Shown: positions 43,279 through 54,700 of the stretch, in pieces
Layout: the number at the start of each line of letters is the position of its first letter
Numbering within the stretch: the stretch's first letter is position 1
Source of the DNA: a virus
Lineage: Duplodnaviria > Caudoviricetes
IMG/VR virus record: IMGVR_UViG_3300022752_000016
Direction: 5' to 3' (one strand)
Length of the DNA: 64,000 nucleotides
The notes under the pieces: generated by a model
Database searches by the model: none
Told to the model about the DNA's origin: nothing
What the model saw: only the letters and a program-made list of their open reading frames with translations
Program-made: the position numbers and the translations under genes

Positions 43279-44280
43279 TTGAAAATATTTATTACAGGTG
43301 TAGCAGGTTTTTTAGGTAGTCATGTAGCTGATAAGTTACTTGATTTGGGTCATACAGTACACGGCTGTGATAATTTGACAGGTGGCTATTTAGATAATGT
43401 AAGTAAAAATGTAAAGTTTTATAAAGGAGATTGTTGTAATCTAGATTTTATGGTAGCAGTAACAAAAGATATTGATATAATAGTACATACTGCTGCTACT
43501 CCGCATGAAGGATTAAGTATTTTTAGTCCATATTTTATTACTACAAATGTTTTTCAAGCAAGCGTAAGTACGATAAGCGCAGCCATTCAGAATAAAGTTA
43601 AAAAGTTTATATATTGTTCAAGCATGGCAAGATATGGATCACAAGAATATCCTTTTGTTGAAACTCAAACTCCGTCGCCCATAGATCCATACGGTATTGC
43701 CAAAGTAGCAGGTGAAGAAGTACTAAAAACGTTGGCTAGTTTAAATAAAATGGATTATATTATTGCTGTTCCACATAACATAGTTGGTCCAAGACAAAGA
43801 TATGATGATCCTTTCCGTAATGTCATGAGTATAATGATTAACAGATGTTTGCAAGGTAAACCTCCAATCATATATGGTGATGGTAGTCAAAAACGTTGTT
43901 TTAGTTATATAGGGGACAGTGTATTTTGTCTAGAGAAACTTATACTTGATAAAACGATTAAAAATGATATTTTTAATATTGGTCCAGATGAAGAATTTGT
44001 TTCAATTAAAGAACTTGCAGAGTTAGTTATTAAAGAATTAAAATTTGTAGGAGATCCTATTTATTTTCCAGATAGACCTAGAGAGGTCAAATATGCTACC
44101 TGTAGTGCAGAAAAAGCAAGAAAAGAATTGGGATATCGTACAAAAACATCACTTGTTGAATGTATACATGAAACTGCGGAATATATTAAAAAGCGTGGGG
44201 CTAAACCATTTGATTATACATATCCATTGGAATATATTAATGACAAAACTCCAAAAACATGGTCAGAAAGGTTAATGTAA
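43279..44280 (+). CDS. NAD-dependent nucleotide-sugar epimerase/dehydratase (extended SDR)
   Basis: ITGVAGFLG (GxxGxxG); SSMARYG; YGIAK (YxxxK); TTG start with SD AAGGAG. Confidence 0.92.
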   Translation: MKIFITGVAGFLGSHVADKLLDLGHTVHGCDNLTGGYLDNVSKNVKFYKGDCCNLDFMVAVTKDIDIIVHTAATPHEGLSIFSPYFITTNVFQASVSTISAAIQNKVKKFIYCSSMARYGSQEYPFVETQTPSPIDPYGIAKVAGEEVLKTLASLNKMDYIIAVPHNIVGPRQRYDDPFRNVMSIMINRCLQGKPPIIYGDGSQKRCFSYIGDSVFCLEKLILDKTIKNDIFNIGPDEEFVSIKELAELVIKELKFVGDPIYFPDRPREVKYATCSAEKARKELGYRTKTSLVECIHETAEYIKKRGAKPFDYTYPLEYINDKTPKTWSERLM

Positions 44281-45674
44281 TGTTATTTGTTTTTGAAAAT
44301 ATAATAAAAGTAGAAGGTCAGGTAGATATAAATTTAAACCTAATAGGTTGTACTGATAAAAATAAATCAGGACATCCTAGATTCAATCCGTCACCTGTTG
44401 TATTTTCTTTACTTCATAAACAGAAAACAGGTCAACTTAAAAAAGTTCATAGAGAACCAATGATTGCATTGCAAACACCTCCTATAGGTCTTCCATATAT
44501 TATTCCAGTTGGTGTTGCACATAATCCTGATGATTGGTGTGGCCCGGATAAGTTTAAAAATGGTTTAAATGCAAATTATCCTGATAGGAAAAATCTTTTT
44601 GAATGGCTAAATGAAGACTACCTAAAAGATTTACAAAATGGTATGGCATATTTATTAATTGATCAAACTCATGAAGGATATCATCCTGATTGGCTATTTC
44701 AATGGTTTCATAACTCATGTGATTCATTCGGAATTCCTGTAAATAGAATTATATATCTTACAGGGGATATGAATGCTGTAAAAAATTATAAATATTGGGC
44801 AGATACTTTTGGATTAGATTCAAGATTAAATATTATTTCTTGGCCACATTTTGAAACAGTTATTTTTGATATTTGTTCAGGTTACCATGGATTTGATGAA
44901 AATATTAAATTTGCAAATGATCATGTATTACCGCCTGGCTTAAAAATTCGTAAAAAGTTTCCGCATTTAATTGATCAATTAAATTATAAAAAAGCAAATT
45001 ACGAAAAAATTAAAACATTTGATATTTTACAAAAAAGAACAAGAAAACATAGGGTACAATTTTATAAGGGTTTGTATGATGCTGATCTTATTAAAGACAA
45101 TATAGTTTCAATGAATACTTTTGACTATGATTCCGATATTTTTCTAAATAAGAATTCGTATTTAGAAATAATTAAAAATCTACCATTATTACCTTTTGAC
45201 AACCCTAAAAATTATGAAAAAGATGATTTTGAATCAAGTGATGGAGCAAACTATATATTATATTTAAATGATGAAACTATGTATAATTCATTTTGTACAG
45301 TAGTAAGTGAAGTATTTTATAATGATGAAGATCCATGCTTTATAAGCGAAAAAACATTTAAACCAATTGCATGTTCTCAGCCTTTTATAATTCTAGGTAA
45401 TTATTTATTTTTAGAAACTTTAAAAGAATTAGGTTATAAAACTTTTCATCCTATCATCAATGAAAAATATGATACTTATGATGACCCTATTAGATTAAGA
45501 GTTATAATATTAGAAATGAAAAGAATTCAAAAGTTAAGTCAAAAAGAAAAATTAGAATGGTATTTAAGTATGCAAGATATTTTACAACATAATTTTGAAA
45601 TTTTTAACAAAAGACAACGATGTGATAACGTGACACATCTAATTAATATGTTACTAAGTTGTACGGAATTTTAA
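44280..45674 (+). CDS. GT10-like glycosyltransferase-like protein 3
   Basis: VVSEVF...ISEKTFKPIACSQPFII...LGYKTFHP; shares YLLIDQTHEGY...WLFQWFH with FLIDQSLEGY...WLWDWFH in 41804. ATG 44280 overlaps the upstream TAA. Confidence 0.5.
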   Translation: MLFVFENIIKVEGQVDINLNLIGCTDKNKSGHPRFNPSPVVFSLLHKQKTGQLKKVHREPMIALQTPPIGLPYIIPVGVAHNPDDWCGPDKFKNGLNANYPDRKNLFEWLNEDYLKDLQNGMAYLLIDQTHEGYHPDWLFQWFHNSCDSFGIPVNRIIYLTGDMNAVKNYKYWADTFGLDSRLNIISWPHFETVIFDICSGYHGFDENIKFANDHVLPPGLKIRKKFPHLIDQLNYKKANYEKIKTFDILQKRTRKHRVQFYKGLYDADLIKDNIVSMNTFDYDSDIFLNKNSYLEIIKNLPLLPFDNPKNYEKDDFESSDGANYILYLNDETMYNSFCTVVSEVFYNDEDPCFISEKTFKPIACSQPFIILGNYLFLETLKELGYKTFHPIINEKYDTYDDPIRLRVIILEMKRIQKLSQKEKLEWYLSMQDILQHNFEIFNKRQRCDNVTHLINMLLSCTEF

Positions 45675-45675
45675 T

Positions 45676-46713
45676 ATGCGTGACATTCAAATACACAGAA
45701 TTAATAAAAAATTAGAAAATACCGATAAAGTAATCATAGCTTTGGGATGTAGTTTTGCTGAAGGACAAGGGGCAATATATGACTCGTTATATGATAACTA
45801 TAAGTGGCATTATCAAGGTATGGGTAAAGGTATGCTTGTTACTGTATCAGACAGCGAAAAAAAAGAAATTATGTATCAATATCCTGACAAAGTAACTGTA
45901 GATAAAGCCTCAGGAAAACTTGATTTTTCAATTATGGAAATAGAAAATAGTTTTTCACACGTATTAGCTGAAAAATACTTTGATAATGAATACGTGGCAA
46001 TAAACATGGGAATAAGAGGTACAGGAAATCGTGGACAAATAAAAGAATTATATTTTCGACCTGAAATCAATTGGCATAGAGTAAAAAAAATTATTGTTGT
46101 TTATTGTGTAAGTGGAATTGAACGATTTGATTTTGTAAATGATTTATGGGACACGCATTACCATTGGAAAGCAATGTGGCCAAAAAAGGAAATTGATGAA
46201 AATGACAGAAAACCTTTATGGGAAGGTTATGGGCAAACTGTATATAGTGAAAAGCAAGCTATAATTGAACAAATTGCTAACGTACAAGAACTTTTAACTT
46301 GGTGTAAACTGCACAATGCAAGTTTAATAATTACTCCAGGTTTTGAACAACGATATACAAAAGAGTATTTTAATGAAAATTTAAATACAATAGTTAATAG
46401 GAATTCTAGACAAGAAATAATTGAAAACTCATTTTTAAAAAATATTTTAGATGTTAAAAAAGTATCACATGATTACCTTTCACTATTATGGCCTTGGAAT
46501 AATATGTTTTATCCAGATGATAATGATACATTTATACGTTTATGTATGTCTCAAGAAAATGACGAGATAAAAAATAGTACAGATTGGTTTTGGCAATTTT
46601 TAGGTAATAGATCCCCTAAAGGATATATTACGGGATGCGCTCATCCAGGCGAAAAAGGTCATGATTTATTTGCAAAACATTTGTATTTTCATATTTTAAA
46701 AAATAACCTATAA
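45676..46713 (+). CDS. SGNH/GDSL-fold protein 1 (esterase or O-acyltransferase)
   Basis: ALGCSFAEG (block I), NMGIRGTGN (block II), HPGEKGH (block V). Confidence 0.7.
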   Translation: MRDIQIHRINKKLENTDKVIIALGCSFAEGQGAIYDSLYDNYKWHYQGMGKGMLVTVSDSEKKEIMYQYPDKVTVDKASGKLDFSIMEIENSFSHVLAEKYFDNEYVAINMGIRGTGNRGQIKELYFRPEINWHRVKKIIVVYCVSGIERFDFVNDLWDTHYHWKAMWPKKEIDENDRKPLWEGYGQTVYSEKQAIIEQIANVQELLTWCKLHNASLIITPGFEQRYTKEYFNENLNTIVNRNSRQEIIENSFLKNILDVKKVSHDYLSLLWPWNNMFYPDDNDTFIRLCMSQENDEIKNSTDWFWQFLGNRSPKGYITGCAHPGEKGHDLFAKHLYFHILKNNL

Positions 46714-46714
46714 A

Positions 46715-47734
46715 ATGCACTATTCAAAAAAAATTTTAGATATTAATGAAAATTTGAAAAAAACTAAGAAATTATTTATTTCTTCAGGGTGTTCATATGT
46801 TGCAGGCAAGGCTGCATGGCCAAAATCTTTTATGGAAGAGTTTAGACCAAATTTTGACAATTATTATTATACTTGGGATCATTTAAGCAATAAACAAAAA
46901 GAATTAGCAATTAAAAAATTTCCAATTATAACAAATAATAATAATGTTTTTGAAACCATTAATTTAGAAGTTGATAATTCATTTACATCAATATTGCACA
47001 AAAATTACATTCCTAATTATACAATAGCTAATCTTGGAGAACAAGCAAAAGGATTATTTTCAAGTGTAATGAATTTATATGTTACACCAATTCAATTTGC
47101 ATTGGCAGATGAAATTATTTTATTTTTTTGTCCCACTGATTTACAACGATTTGATATCTTAAGCGATGAATATGCTTTTACAGACTCAAACGTTGCGGCA
47201 TGCAGATTATTTAACACATTTTGGCCTTTTGATAATGAAAAAAAAGATCCTATAGGACTTTTACAACTTGGGTATTCTCAGGCTGTACATAGTCTTAGAT
47301 TTGAAATCGTACATGCTATTATGTGTTTTAAATTGCTAATTAATTGGATAGAACAGTATAAGGCAAAATTAATTATATTTCCTGCTTTTAACAAGATTTA
47401 TAACAAAAATTATTTTTATGAAAATTTGGATATAACAATACTGCGTGATAAAACATTAAAACAAAAAGAAATAAAACATTTTACATTTAGAGATAGTTCA
47501 AATTTTTATATAGATAATTTTGTTCCATGGGATAATTTTACAACATTTGATGGTTTTAATACTTTTTTTGATTTAGCGTTTGGTCAAGAAAAAAACTATG
47601 ATCCAAATATTGAAATGCAAAGTTTGGTTGGACCAAATGGCGGAACATTAAATCAATTTATTATGAAATGTGGTCATCCAGGCGTTGAGGCACATGAATT
47701 ATTGGCAAAAAAAATTTATGAAAAATATTTTTAA
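46715..47734 (+). CDS. SGNH/GDSL-fold protein 2
   Basis: SSGCSYVAG, NLGEQAKG, HPGVEAH. Confidence 0.65.
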   Translation: MHYSKKILDINENLKKTKKLFISSGCSYVAGKAAWPKSFMEEFRPNFDNYYYTWDHLSNKQKELAIKKFPIITNNNNVFETINLEVDNSFTSILHKNYIPNYTIANLGEQAKGLFSSVMNLYVTPIQFALADEIILFFCPTDLQRFDILSDEYAFTDSNVAACRLFNTFWPFDNEKKDPIGLLQLGYSQAVHSLRFEIVHAIMCFKLLINWIEQYKAKLIIFPAFNKIYNKNYFYENLDITILRDKTLKQKEIKHFTFRDSSNFYIDNFVPWDNFTTFDGFNTFFDLAFGQEKNYDPNIEMQSLVGPNGGTLNQFIMKCGHPGVEAHELLAKKIYEKYF

Positions 47735-48635
47735 TTATTTAAAAGAAAAATATACAATAAAAATTGATACTATTACTAAAAAAGAATCTTTTCATTTTAA
47801 AACATTTGATTCTTTGCCAATCAATTCAAATTTTTATGATTTTATAAATCATCCATTTTATAATTATCTTGATGACAATGTTCAATTAAAAAATTATTGT
47901 GGTAGTGATAATTATGAATTATTAAAAAAAAATATTATCCACCAACCATTGGAATGGAAATATGGTTTAAAAAAAATTACATATAGACTTAATAAAAGTG
48001 GATTCCGTACATATGAATTTAAAGACATTGATTGGAGAAATTGTATTGTTTTATTGGGTTGTAGTAATACGTTCGGAATAGGTGTTGATGAAGACGAAAC
48101 ATTATCGTATTTTTTAGAAAAATTAACAAATAAACAAGTAGTTAATTTAGGGATGGGGGGAATTTCAAATGATGTTATTATTGAAAAGTTAAACATTATT
48201 ATTAATAAATTTGAGATTCCTACTAACATTATTATTAATTGGACTTCACCTGACAGGTTTAGGTATTATTTAAAAAACAAATTCATAGATTGTGGTAATT
48301 GGATCACTGAGGAGAGTGAAAGAGAGTTGCAAAAAAATCAACTTTTTGGAAAAGAATTAGAAACAGTAAATTTAAATACACTTTATTATAATTTAAATGC
48401 CATAGAAACAAATATATATTTTAAAATGCGTAATTTAAGTAATATTTCTAAAGCACTTTCTAAAAATAATTTTAATTTAATTACATTTAGTTGCTTCCCT
48501 GACGCAGCATATTATAGTGAATCAGATTACTTTTTTCCAGATGACTCTAAGGTAAATAAGGCAAGAGATTTAATACACCCAGGCTCGGATTATAACCAAA
48601 TAGTAGCTGAGACAATTGTAGGTAAATTAAAATGA
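47718..48635 (+). CDS. SGNH/GDSL-fold protein 3
   Basis: LLGCSNTFGIG, NLGMGGISND, RDLIHPG. ATG 47718 preferred over the track start 47670 because it reduces the overlap. Confidence 0.7.
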   Translation: MKNIFNYLKEKYTIKIDTITKKESFHFKTFDSLPINSNFYDFINHPFYNYLDDNVQLKNYCGSDNYELLKKNIIHQPLEWKYGLKKITYRLNKSGFRTYEFKDIDWRNCIVLLGCSNTFGIGVDEDETLSYFLEKLTNKQVVNLGMGGISNDVIIEKLNIIINKFEIPTNIIINWTSPDRFRYYLKNKFIDCGNWITEESERELQKNQLFGKELETVNLNTLYYNLNAIETNIYFKMRNLSNISKALSKNNFNLITFSCFPDAAYYSESDYFFPDDSKVNKARDLIHPGSDYNQIVAETIVGKLK

Positions 48636-50146
48636 GTTTTTACAATCAAAATGCAGACCTTGCCGAAAAACAACTTAAATTTATTAGTAAAACTATGTGT
48701 TATGCTAAATGGGCGCAAGTTAGCATTCATTTAACAAATGGTATGACACAAAGTTGTTACCATCCACCTTTACATAAAATTGACACAAAAGAAATAAAAA
48801 ATAATCCAAGTGCACTTCATAATACAAAACAAAAGAAACAAGAAAGAAAATTAATGCTTCAAGGAGAAAGACCTGAAGGGTGTAATTATTGTTGGAAAAT
48901 AGAAGATAGCGGTGCAAGAAGCGATAGAATTTATAGATCAGGTGAATATTGGGCTCAAAATGCACGTATCGATATCATTGAAAATTTAGATACAGGTGAC
49001 ATAGATCCAAGATATGTAGAAGTAAATTTTAATCAGGCTTGTAATTTTAAGTGTATGTATTGTAGTCCTCATTTGAGCACAGCATGGGAAGATGAAATTA
49101 AAAAATATGGACCCTATTTATTAACTCATAATGAAAATACTAAAAAACATAATGATTTACATTCTTTAAAAAAACTTGGTCTTATGCCGTTAAAAATCAA
49201 ACAGAACGAAAATCCTTATGTAGATGCTTTTTGGCAATGGTGGCCTAAACTTTACAACAGTTTGGAAGTTTTTAGGCTGACAGGAGGCGAACCATTAATG
49301 GATATTAATACATATAAAATTTTAGATTATATTTATAATCATCCAAATGCTTGGTTAGAGTTAAGCGTTACTAGTAATTTTTGTCCGCCTAAACAGGAAT
49401 TAATGGAAAAATTTATTGAAAAAGTAAAAAAATTAGAAGAAATACAAATTTGGAATGATCCTAATAGGTTTAATTCGGGCTCGGGTAATAATTGGTATGT
49501 TAATATGGCTTTAAAACATTTTAGTTTATTTATAAGCCTTGACAGTGTAGGAAAACAGGCAGAGTATATTCGTTATGGCTTAGATTTTAATCTAATGACC
49601 GAAAACATATATCAATTTTTAAACAATACTAAAAACACAAATTTAACCTTTATTAATACATTTAATGCTTTAAGTGTTATAAAAATTAAAGAATTTCTAG
49701 AATATATTCTAGACTTACGTTCAATTTATAGTAAAGACAATCAAGGAGTTCAGTATATACCAATAAGCGATCCATATACAAAACATCCTGATTACGTTAT
49801 AAACCCAAGGCAAAGAATATGGTTCGATTTACCTATTTTACGAAATCCAATTTGGCAAAGTTTTCTTATTTTACCGAAAAAATATGATACATACATTGTT
49901 GATGCGATTAATTTTATGGAAAAGCATAAGGATACTGATAATTTTGTTGGTTTTTATGATTTTGAAATAGATAAACTAAAAAGAAATTTAACTATTTTAA
50001 AAGAAAATCGTTTTGTTGATAATGATGCTAAAAATCATAGAAAAAACTTTATTGAATTTTTTAAACAGTATGATGCAAAAAAAAATATTTCTTTTAGTAA
50101 AGCTTTTCCTGAATTTGAAAACTTTAAGGAAGAATTATGTTTATAA
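48632..50146 (+). CDS. Radical SAM enzyme with N-terminal twitch-like Cys cluster (paralog of 38497)
   Basis: CNFKCMYC; LTGGEPLM; MCYAKW...SCYHP...GCNYCW. Confidence 0.9.
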   Translation: MSFYNQNADLAEKQLKFISKTMCYAKWAQVSIHLTNGMTQSCYHPPLHKIDTKEIKNNPSALHNTKQKKQERKLMLQGERPEGCNYCWKIEDSGARSDRIYRSGEYWAQNARIDIIENLDTGDIDPRYVEVNFNQACNFKCMYCSPHLSTAWEDEIKKYGPYLLTHNENTKKHNDLHSLKKLGLMPLKIKQNENPYVDAFWQWWPKLYNSLEVFRLTGGEPLMDINTYKILDYIYNHPNAWLELSVTSNFCPPKQELMEKFIEKVKKLEEIQIWNDPNRFNSGSGNNWYVNMALKHFSLFISLDSVGKQAEYIRYGLDFNLMTENIYQFLNNTKNTNLTFINTFNALSVIKIKEFLEYILDLRSIYSKDNQGVQYIPISDPYTKHPDYVINPRQRIWFDLPILRNPIWQSFLILPKKYDTYIVDAINFMEKHKDTDNFVGFYDFEIDKLKRNLTILKENRFVDNDAKNHRKNFIEFFKQYDAKKNISFSKAFPEFENFKEELCL

Positions 50147-50235
50147 TTAAATTTATTAAAAAGATTATAAAAGAATACAAATATAGAAAAAGAATTAAAG
50201 AATTACGAAAACGTGATCCTTTTATATATAAATAA
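50137..50235 (+). CDS. 32-aa basic peptide (MFIIKFIKKIIKEYKYRKRIKELRKRDPFIYK)
   Basis: Translated by hand; SD AAGGA at 50126-50130; fills the gap before the carbamoyltransferase. Confidence 0.65.
   Translation: MFIIKFIKKIIKEYKYRKRIKELRKRDPFIYK
50227..50234 (+). promoter_or_regulatory. T4-type late promoter TATAAATA (carbamoyltransferase)
   Basis: Exact consensus, 3 nt before ATG 50238; overlaps the end of the 32-aa ORF. Confidence 0.55.
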
Positions 50236-50237
50236 TT

Positions 50238-51719
50238 ATGCAATATATAGGAATTTCAAGTCATTTTCATGACGCTGCAATAACTCTTTTGTCCAATAAT
50301 GGGGATATATTATTTGCAGGACATAGTGAAAGATATAGTAAAACTAAACATGATTCACTATTAAATATTGATTTAATTAATGATCTGTTATACTATGACA
50401 ACAAATATGATAAGTTTTCAATTCATTATTATGAAAGACCTTTTATAACACAATTAAGACAAATTAGAGCAGGTCAAAAACTTGATTTTGTTACAACTAA
50501 AAGTCGTATAGGCAAACCAATTTTACAAATGTTAGGCAATCCTGATATAAAAAATTATAATCACCATTTAAGTCATGCAGCCGCGGGTTTTCAAACCAGT
50601 CTATTTGATAATGCTACAGTTGTTATAATAGATGCAATTGGAGAATTCGATACAATATCAATTTATGATGCTTATTATAATGATAAAGGATATGCAAAGT
50701 ATAAAAAACTATATAGTCAAAAATATCCTAATAGCATTGGATTATTTTATAGTGCAATGACTAAAAGAGTTGGATTGAAACCTTTAGATGAGGAATATAT
50801 TTTAATGGGCATGTCAGCTTATGGGATAGATAAACATAGTGGGGAAATGTTAAAATTCTTTAATGATATAAAAAATATTGAAATGAATACTAATTTGCAT
50901 ATAGGGGTAGATGATAATTTTTTATTTGGTGCTGATTTAATGGATATTGCATGTAGTACTCAAGTGGTTGTTGAGCAGTTGATTGAAATAGTTATGAGTA
51001 AAGCAAAATTACTAGGACGAAGTAATAATCTAGTTTATGGAGGAGGCGTGGCTTTAAATTGTTTAGCAAACAGGAAATTAGGAAATTTTTTTGATAAAAT
51101 TTGGATAATGCCGAATCCTGGTGATGCAGGGAGTAGTCTAGGTGCTGCTGCATTAGGATATGGAAAAAGATTAAAATGGGAAAATGCATTTTTAGGATAT
51201 GATATTAAAGGTGTGTATCCAATAGATAATATTCTTAAAGAACTAAACAGTAATAAAATAGTAGGTGTTGCCAATGGGCGTGCAGAATTTGGACCAAGAG
51301 CCTTAGGTAATCGAAGTTTATTAGCTGATCCACGCGGTAATTTAATTAAGGATAAAGTTAACGAGATTAAGCGTAGACAAAAATTTAGACCATTTGCTCC
51401 TGTGATACTTGAGGAATATGTAGATGAGTATTTTGTAATGCCAAAAGGATTTAGTATCAGTCCATATATGCAAGTAGTTGCAAAATGTAAACAACCTGAA
51501 TTATTACCAGCTATTATACATCATGATGGTACGAGTAGGGTACAAACAGTAGGTAAGGACAATACGGGAATAAGAAAACTTTTAGAAAAATGGTATGATT
51601 TAACAAAATGTCCTTTGTTATTAAATACATCACTAAACATACGCGGTGAACCTATGGTTAATGATAAAAAGGATGCAGTTAGATTTGAAAATCTGTACGG
51701 AGTTAAAGTTTTTTCATAA
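50238..51719 (+). CDS. Carbamoyltransferase (NodU/CmcH/TobZ family)
   Basis: FHDAA; HHLSHAA; GGVALNC; GRAEFGPRALGNRS; RQKFRPFAP; NTSLN. Confidence 0.93.
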   Translation: MQYIGISSHFHDAAITLLSNNGDILFAGHSERYSKTKHDSLLNIDLINDLLYYDNKYDKFSIHYYERPFITQLRQIRAGQKLDFVTTKSRIGKPILQMLGNPDIKNYNHHLSHAAAGFQTSLFDNATVVIIDAIGEFDTISIYDAYYNDKGYAKYKKLYSQKYPNSIGLFYSAMTKRVGLKPLDEEYILMGMSAYGIDKHSGEMLKFFNDIKNIEMNTNLHIGVDDNFLFGADLMDIACSTQVVVEQLIEIVMSKAKLLGRSNNLVYGGGVALNCLANRKLGNFFDKIWIMPNPGDAGSSLGAAALGYGKRLKWENAFLGYDIKGVYPIDNILKELNSNKIVGVANGRAEFGPRALGNRSLLADPRGNLIKDKVNEIKRRQKFRPFAPVILEEYVDEYFVMPKGFSISPYMQVVAKCKQPELLPAIIHHDGTSRVQTVGKDNTGIRKLLEKWYDLTKCPLLLNTSLNIRGEPMVNDKKDAVRFENLYGVKVFS

Positions 51720-51727
51720 GTAGACTT

Positions 51728-54700
51728 ATGATTAGAGATGTTTTTTATTATGGCAAGAAGCCTAACATTCATCCAAGAGAAAGATTTGCTAAAAACCTTG
51801 AAGAAGCAAGAGAGTTATCAAATACAGAGCATTTTTGGATAATAAATGAATTTTGTGATTATAAAAATTTTGATTGGGATTTCGATTACGAATTTTTACC
51901 AGACGAGGATGTATGGGCGCAGGATCATATAAATATATGGCCAAGTTTATATCAAAAAGATAGTGGAACATGGTTAGTTCCAAATAATAATAGTTTAGTG
52001 AGAATTTACAGAAATGATGTACAACCTGTAGATAGAAAAATAATTAAAGATAATTGGATTATTTATTCACAAATAGACAGTAAAAAATTTGATTTAAAAT
52101 GGCATCCTGATCCACTTGATCCGCCCTTTATTTATGTATGGGGGAATAAATTTATACCAGCAGAACTGCAACCTACAATAGAATATTATACACCTAGTGC
52201 TGTTGAACGAAAATACATGGGTGAAGTTGAGGTATTACCACAAATGGAACGTTGGGTAATGGTTCAAGATATAACTGAGGATTTTGATTTAACTTGGAGA
52301 CCTGATCCAAGAGAACCTCCGTACATTTACGTTTGGGGAAACAAATATATACCTGGAGAGTTACAATCTACAATTGAATATCATACTCCTAATGCAATCA
52401 ATAAAAAATATATGGGTAATGCACCTGTTTTACCTGATAAAAATTGGAAAATTATACAGGAAATTGATAAAACTAAATTTGATTTATCTTGGAGACCTGA
52501 TCCACGTGAACCTCCATACATTTATACTTGGGGAAATAAGTTTATTCCTGCTGAAATAATGCCTACAATTCAATACTTATGTCCAAACGCTACTGAACAT
52601 AAGTACATGCAAGAACCATTAGAGGTATTACCTGAATATGAAAAATGGGTAGAAGTACAGGCTATCGATAAAACTAAATTTGATTTATCTTGGAGACCTG
52701 ATCCACGTGAACCTCCATATATTTACGTTTGGGGAAACAAATATATACCTGGTGAATTATTACCTACATTGCAATATAATTGTATAGGAGCAAAAGAATA
52801 CAAATATATGGGTGATGTTGAGGTTATTCCAGAACACGAAAAATGGGTAGAAGTACAGGCTATCGACAAAACAAAATTTGATTTATCTTGGAGACCTGAT
52901 CCACGTGAACCTCCATACATTTATACTTGGGGAAATAAATATATACCTGGTGAATTAATGCCAACTTTAGAATATAGATGTATTGGAGCAACAGAACGCA
53001 AATATATGGGTGATGTTGAGGTTATTCCAGAACACGAAAAATGGGTCGAAATTCAACTAATTGATAAGACAACATTTGACATGACATGGAGACCTGATCC
53101 AAGAGAACCTCCATATATTTACGTTTGGGGGAATAAGTTTATTCCTGCAGAATTAATGTCAACTTTAGAATATAGATGTATTGGAGCAAAAGAATACAAA
53201 TATATGGGTGATGTTGAGGTTATTCCAGAACACGATAAATGGGTCGAAGTGCAGTTAATTGATAAGACAAAATTTGACATGACATGGAGACCTGATCCAA
53301 GAGAACCTCCATATATTTACGTTTGGGGGAATAAGTTTATTCCTGCAGAATTAATGCCAACTTTAGAATATAGATGTATTGGAGCCACTGAGCGAAAATA
53401 TATGGGAAATATTGATGTATTGCCTGAGTTTAATAGATGGGTCGAAGTTCAAACTATTGATAAGACTAAATTTGATATGACATGGAGACCTGATCCAAGA
53501 GAACCACCTTATATCTATGTATGGGGAAACAAATATATACCAGGCGAATTAAAATCAACAATTGAATACCATACCCCTAATAGTACTGAACGTAAGTATA
53601 TGGGAGATGTTGATGTTTTACCAGAAACAGAACGTTGGAATATTGTTCAAAAACCTAAGGATTTTGATTTAACATGGAGACCTGACCCAAAAGAACCACC
53701 ATACATTTATGTATGGGGCAATAAATATATACCTGGGGAGATACAATCTACAATAGAATATCATACACCTGACGCTCAAGAAATAAAATATATGGGTGAC
53801 ATAGAAGTTGTACCATATTATGAACATTGGAATATTGTGCAAGAAGTCGGTGATGATTTTGATCTTTGTTGGAGACCTGATCCAAGAGAACCACCATACA
53901 TTTATGTATGGGGGAACAACTATATACCTGGCGAGGTTAAAGCTACAATTGAATATCATACACCTAATAGTATTGAACGCAAGTATATGGGTATTGCCAG
54001 TGTTAAACCTGACAAAAATTGGAAAATTACACAGGATATTGATATTGAAAAATTTGATTTATGTTGGAGACCTGATCCTAGGGAGCCTGCATACATTTAT
54101 ACTTGGGGTAATAAGTATGTAAGTGCTGAACTAGTACCAACCATTGAATATTATACTCCTAACGCCACTGAACGTAAGTATATGGGTGAAGTAGACGTTA
54201 TTCCTGAATTTGATCGTTGGGTAGAAGTACAACCAATTGACAAATCAACATTTGATATGACATGGAGACCTGATCCAAGAGAACCACCATACATTTATGT
54301 ATGGGGTAATAAACATATTCCCGCCGAACTAAAACCCACGCTAGAATATTATACTCCAAACGCAACAGATAGAAAATATATGGGTAATGTTGAAGTTTTA
54401 CCAATAAACGAAAATTGGAAAATTACCCAAGAAGCTATAAACTTTGATTACACATGGAGACCGGACCCAAGAGAACCTGATTATATCTATGTATGGGGTA
54501 ACAAGTATATACCTGGCGAGTTAAAACCTACAATTGAATACATTTGTCCTAACGCTATTGAAAAAAAGTATATGGGGAATGTTGAAGTAGCCTCTGAATG
54601 GGACAAATATAGAATACTGATCCCTGTTGATAAGAATAGTTTTGATTTTAGTTGGAGACCTGATCCAAGAGAGCCTCCCTATATTTACGTTTGGGGCAAT

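Noticed and set aside
38497-51719. Interpretation as a DNA hypermodification or queuosine/7-deazaguanine pathway
   Set aside because: No FolE/QueD/QueE/QueC/DpdA or thymidylate-synthase-like motifs seen, and late promoters argue against it. Not excluded experimentally.
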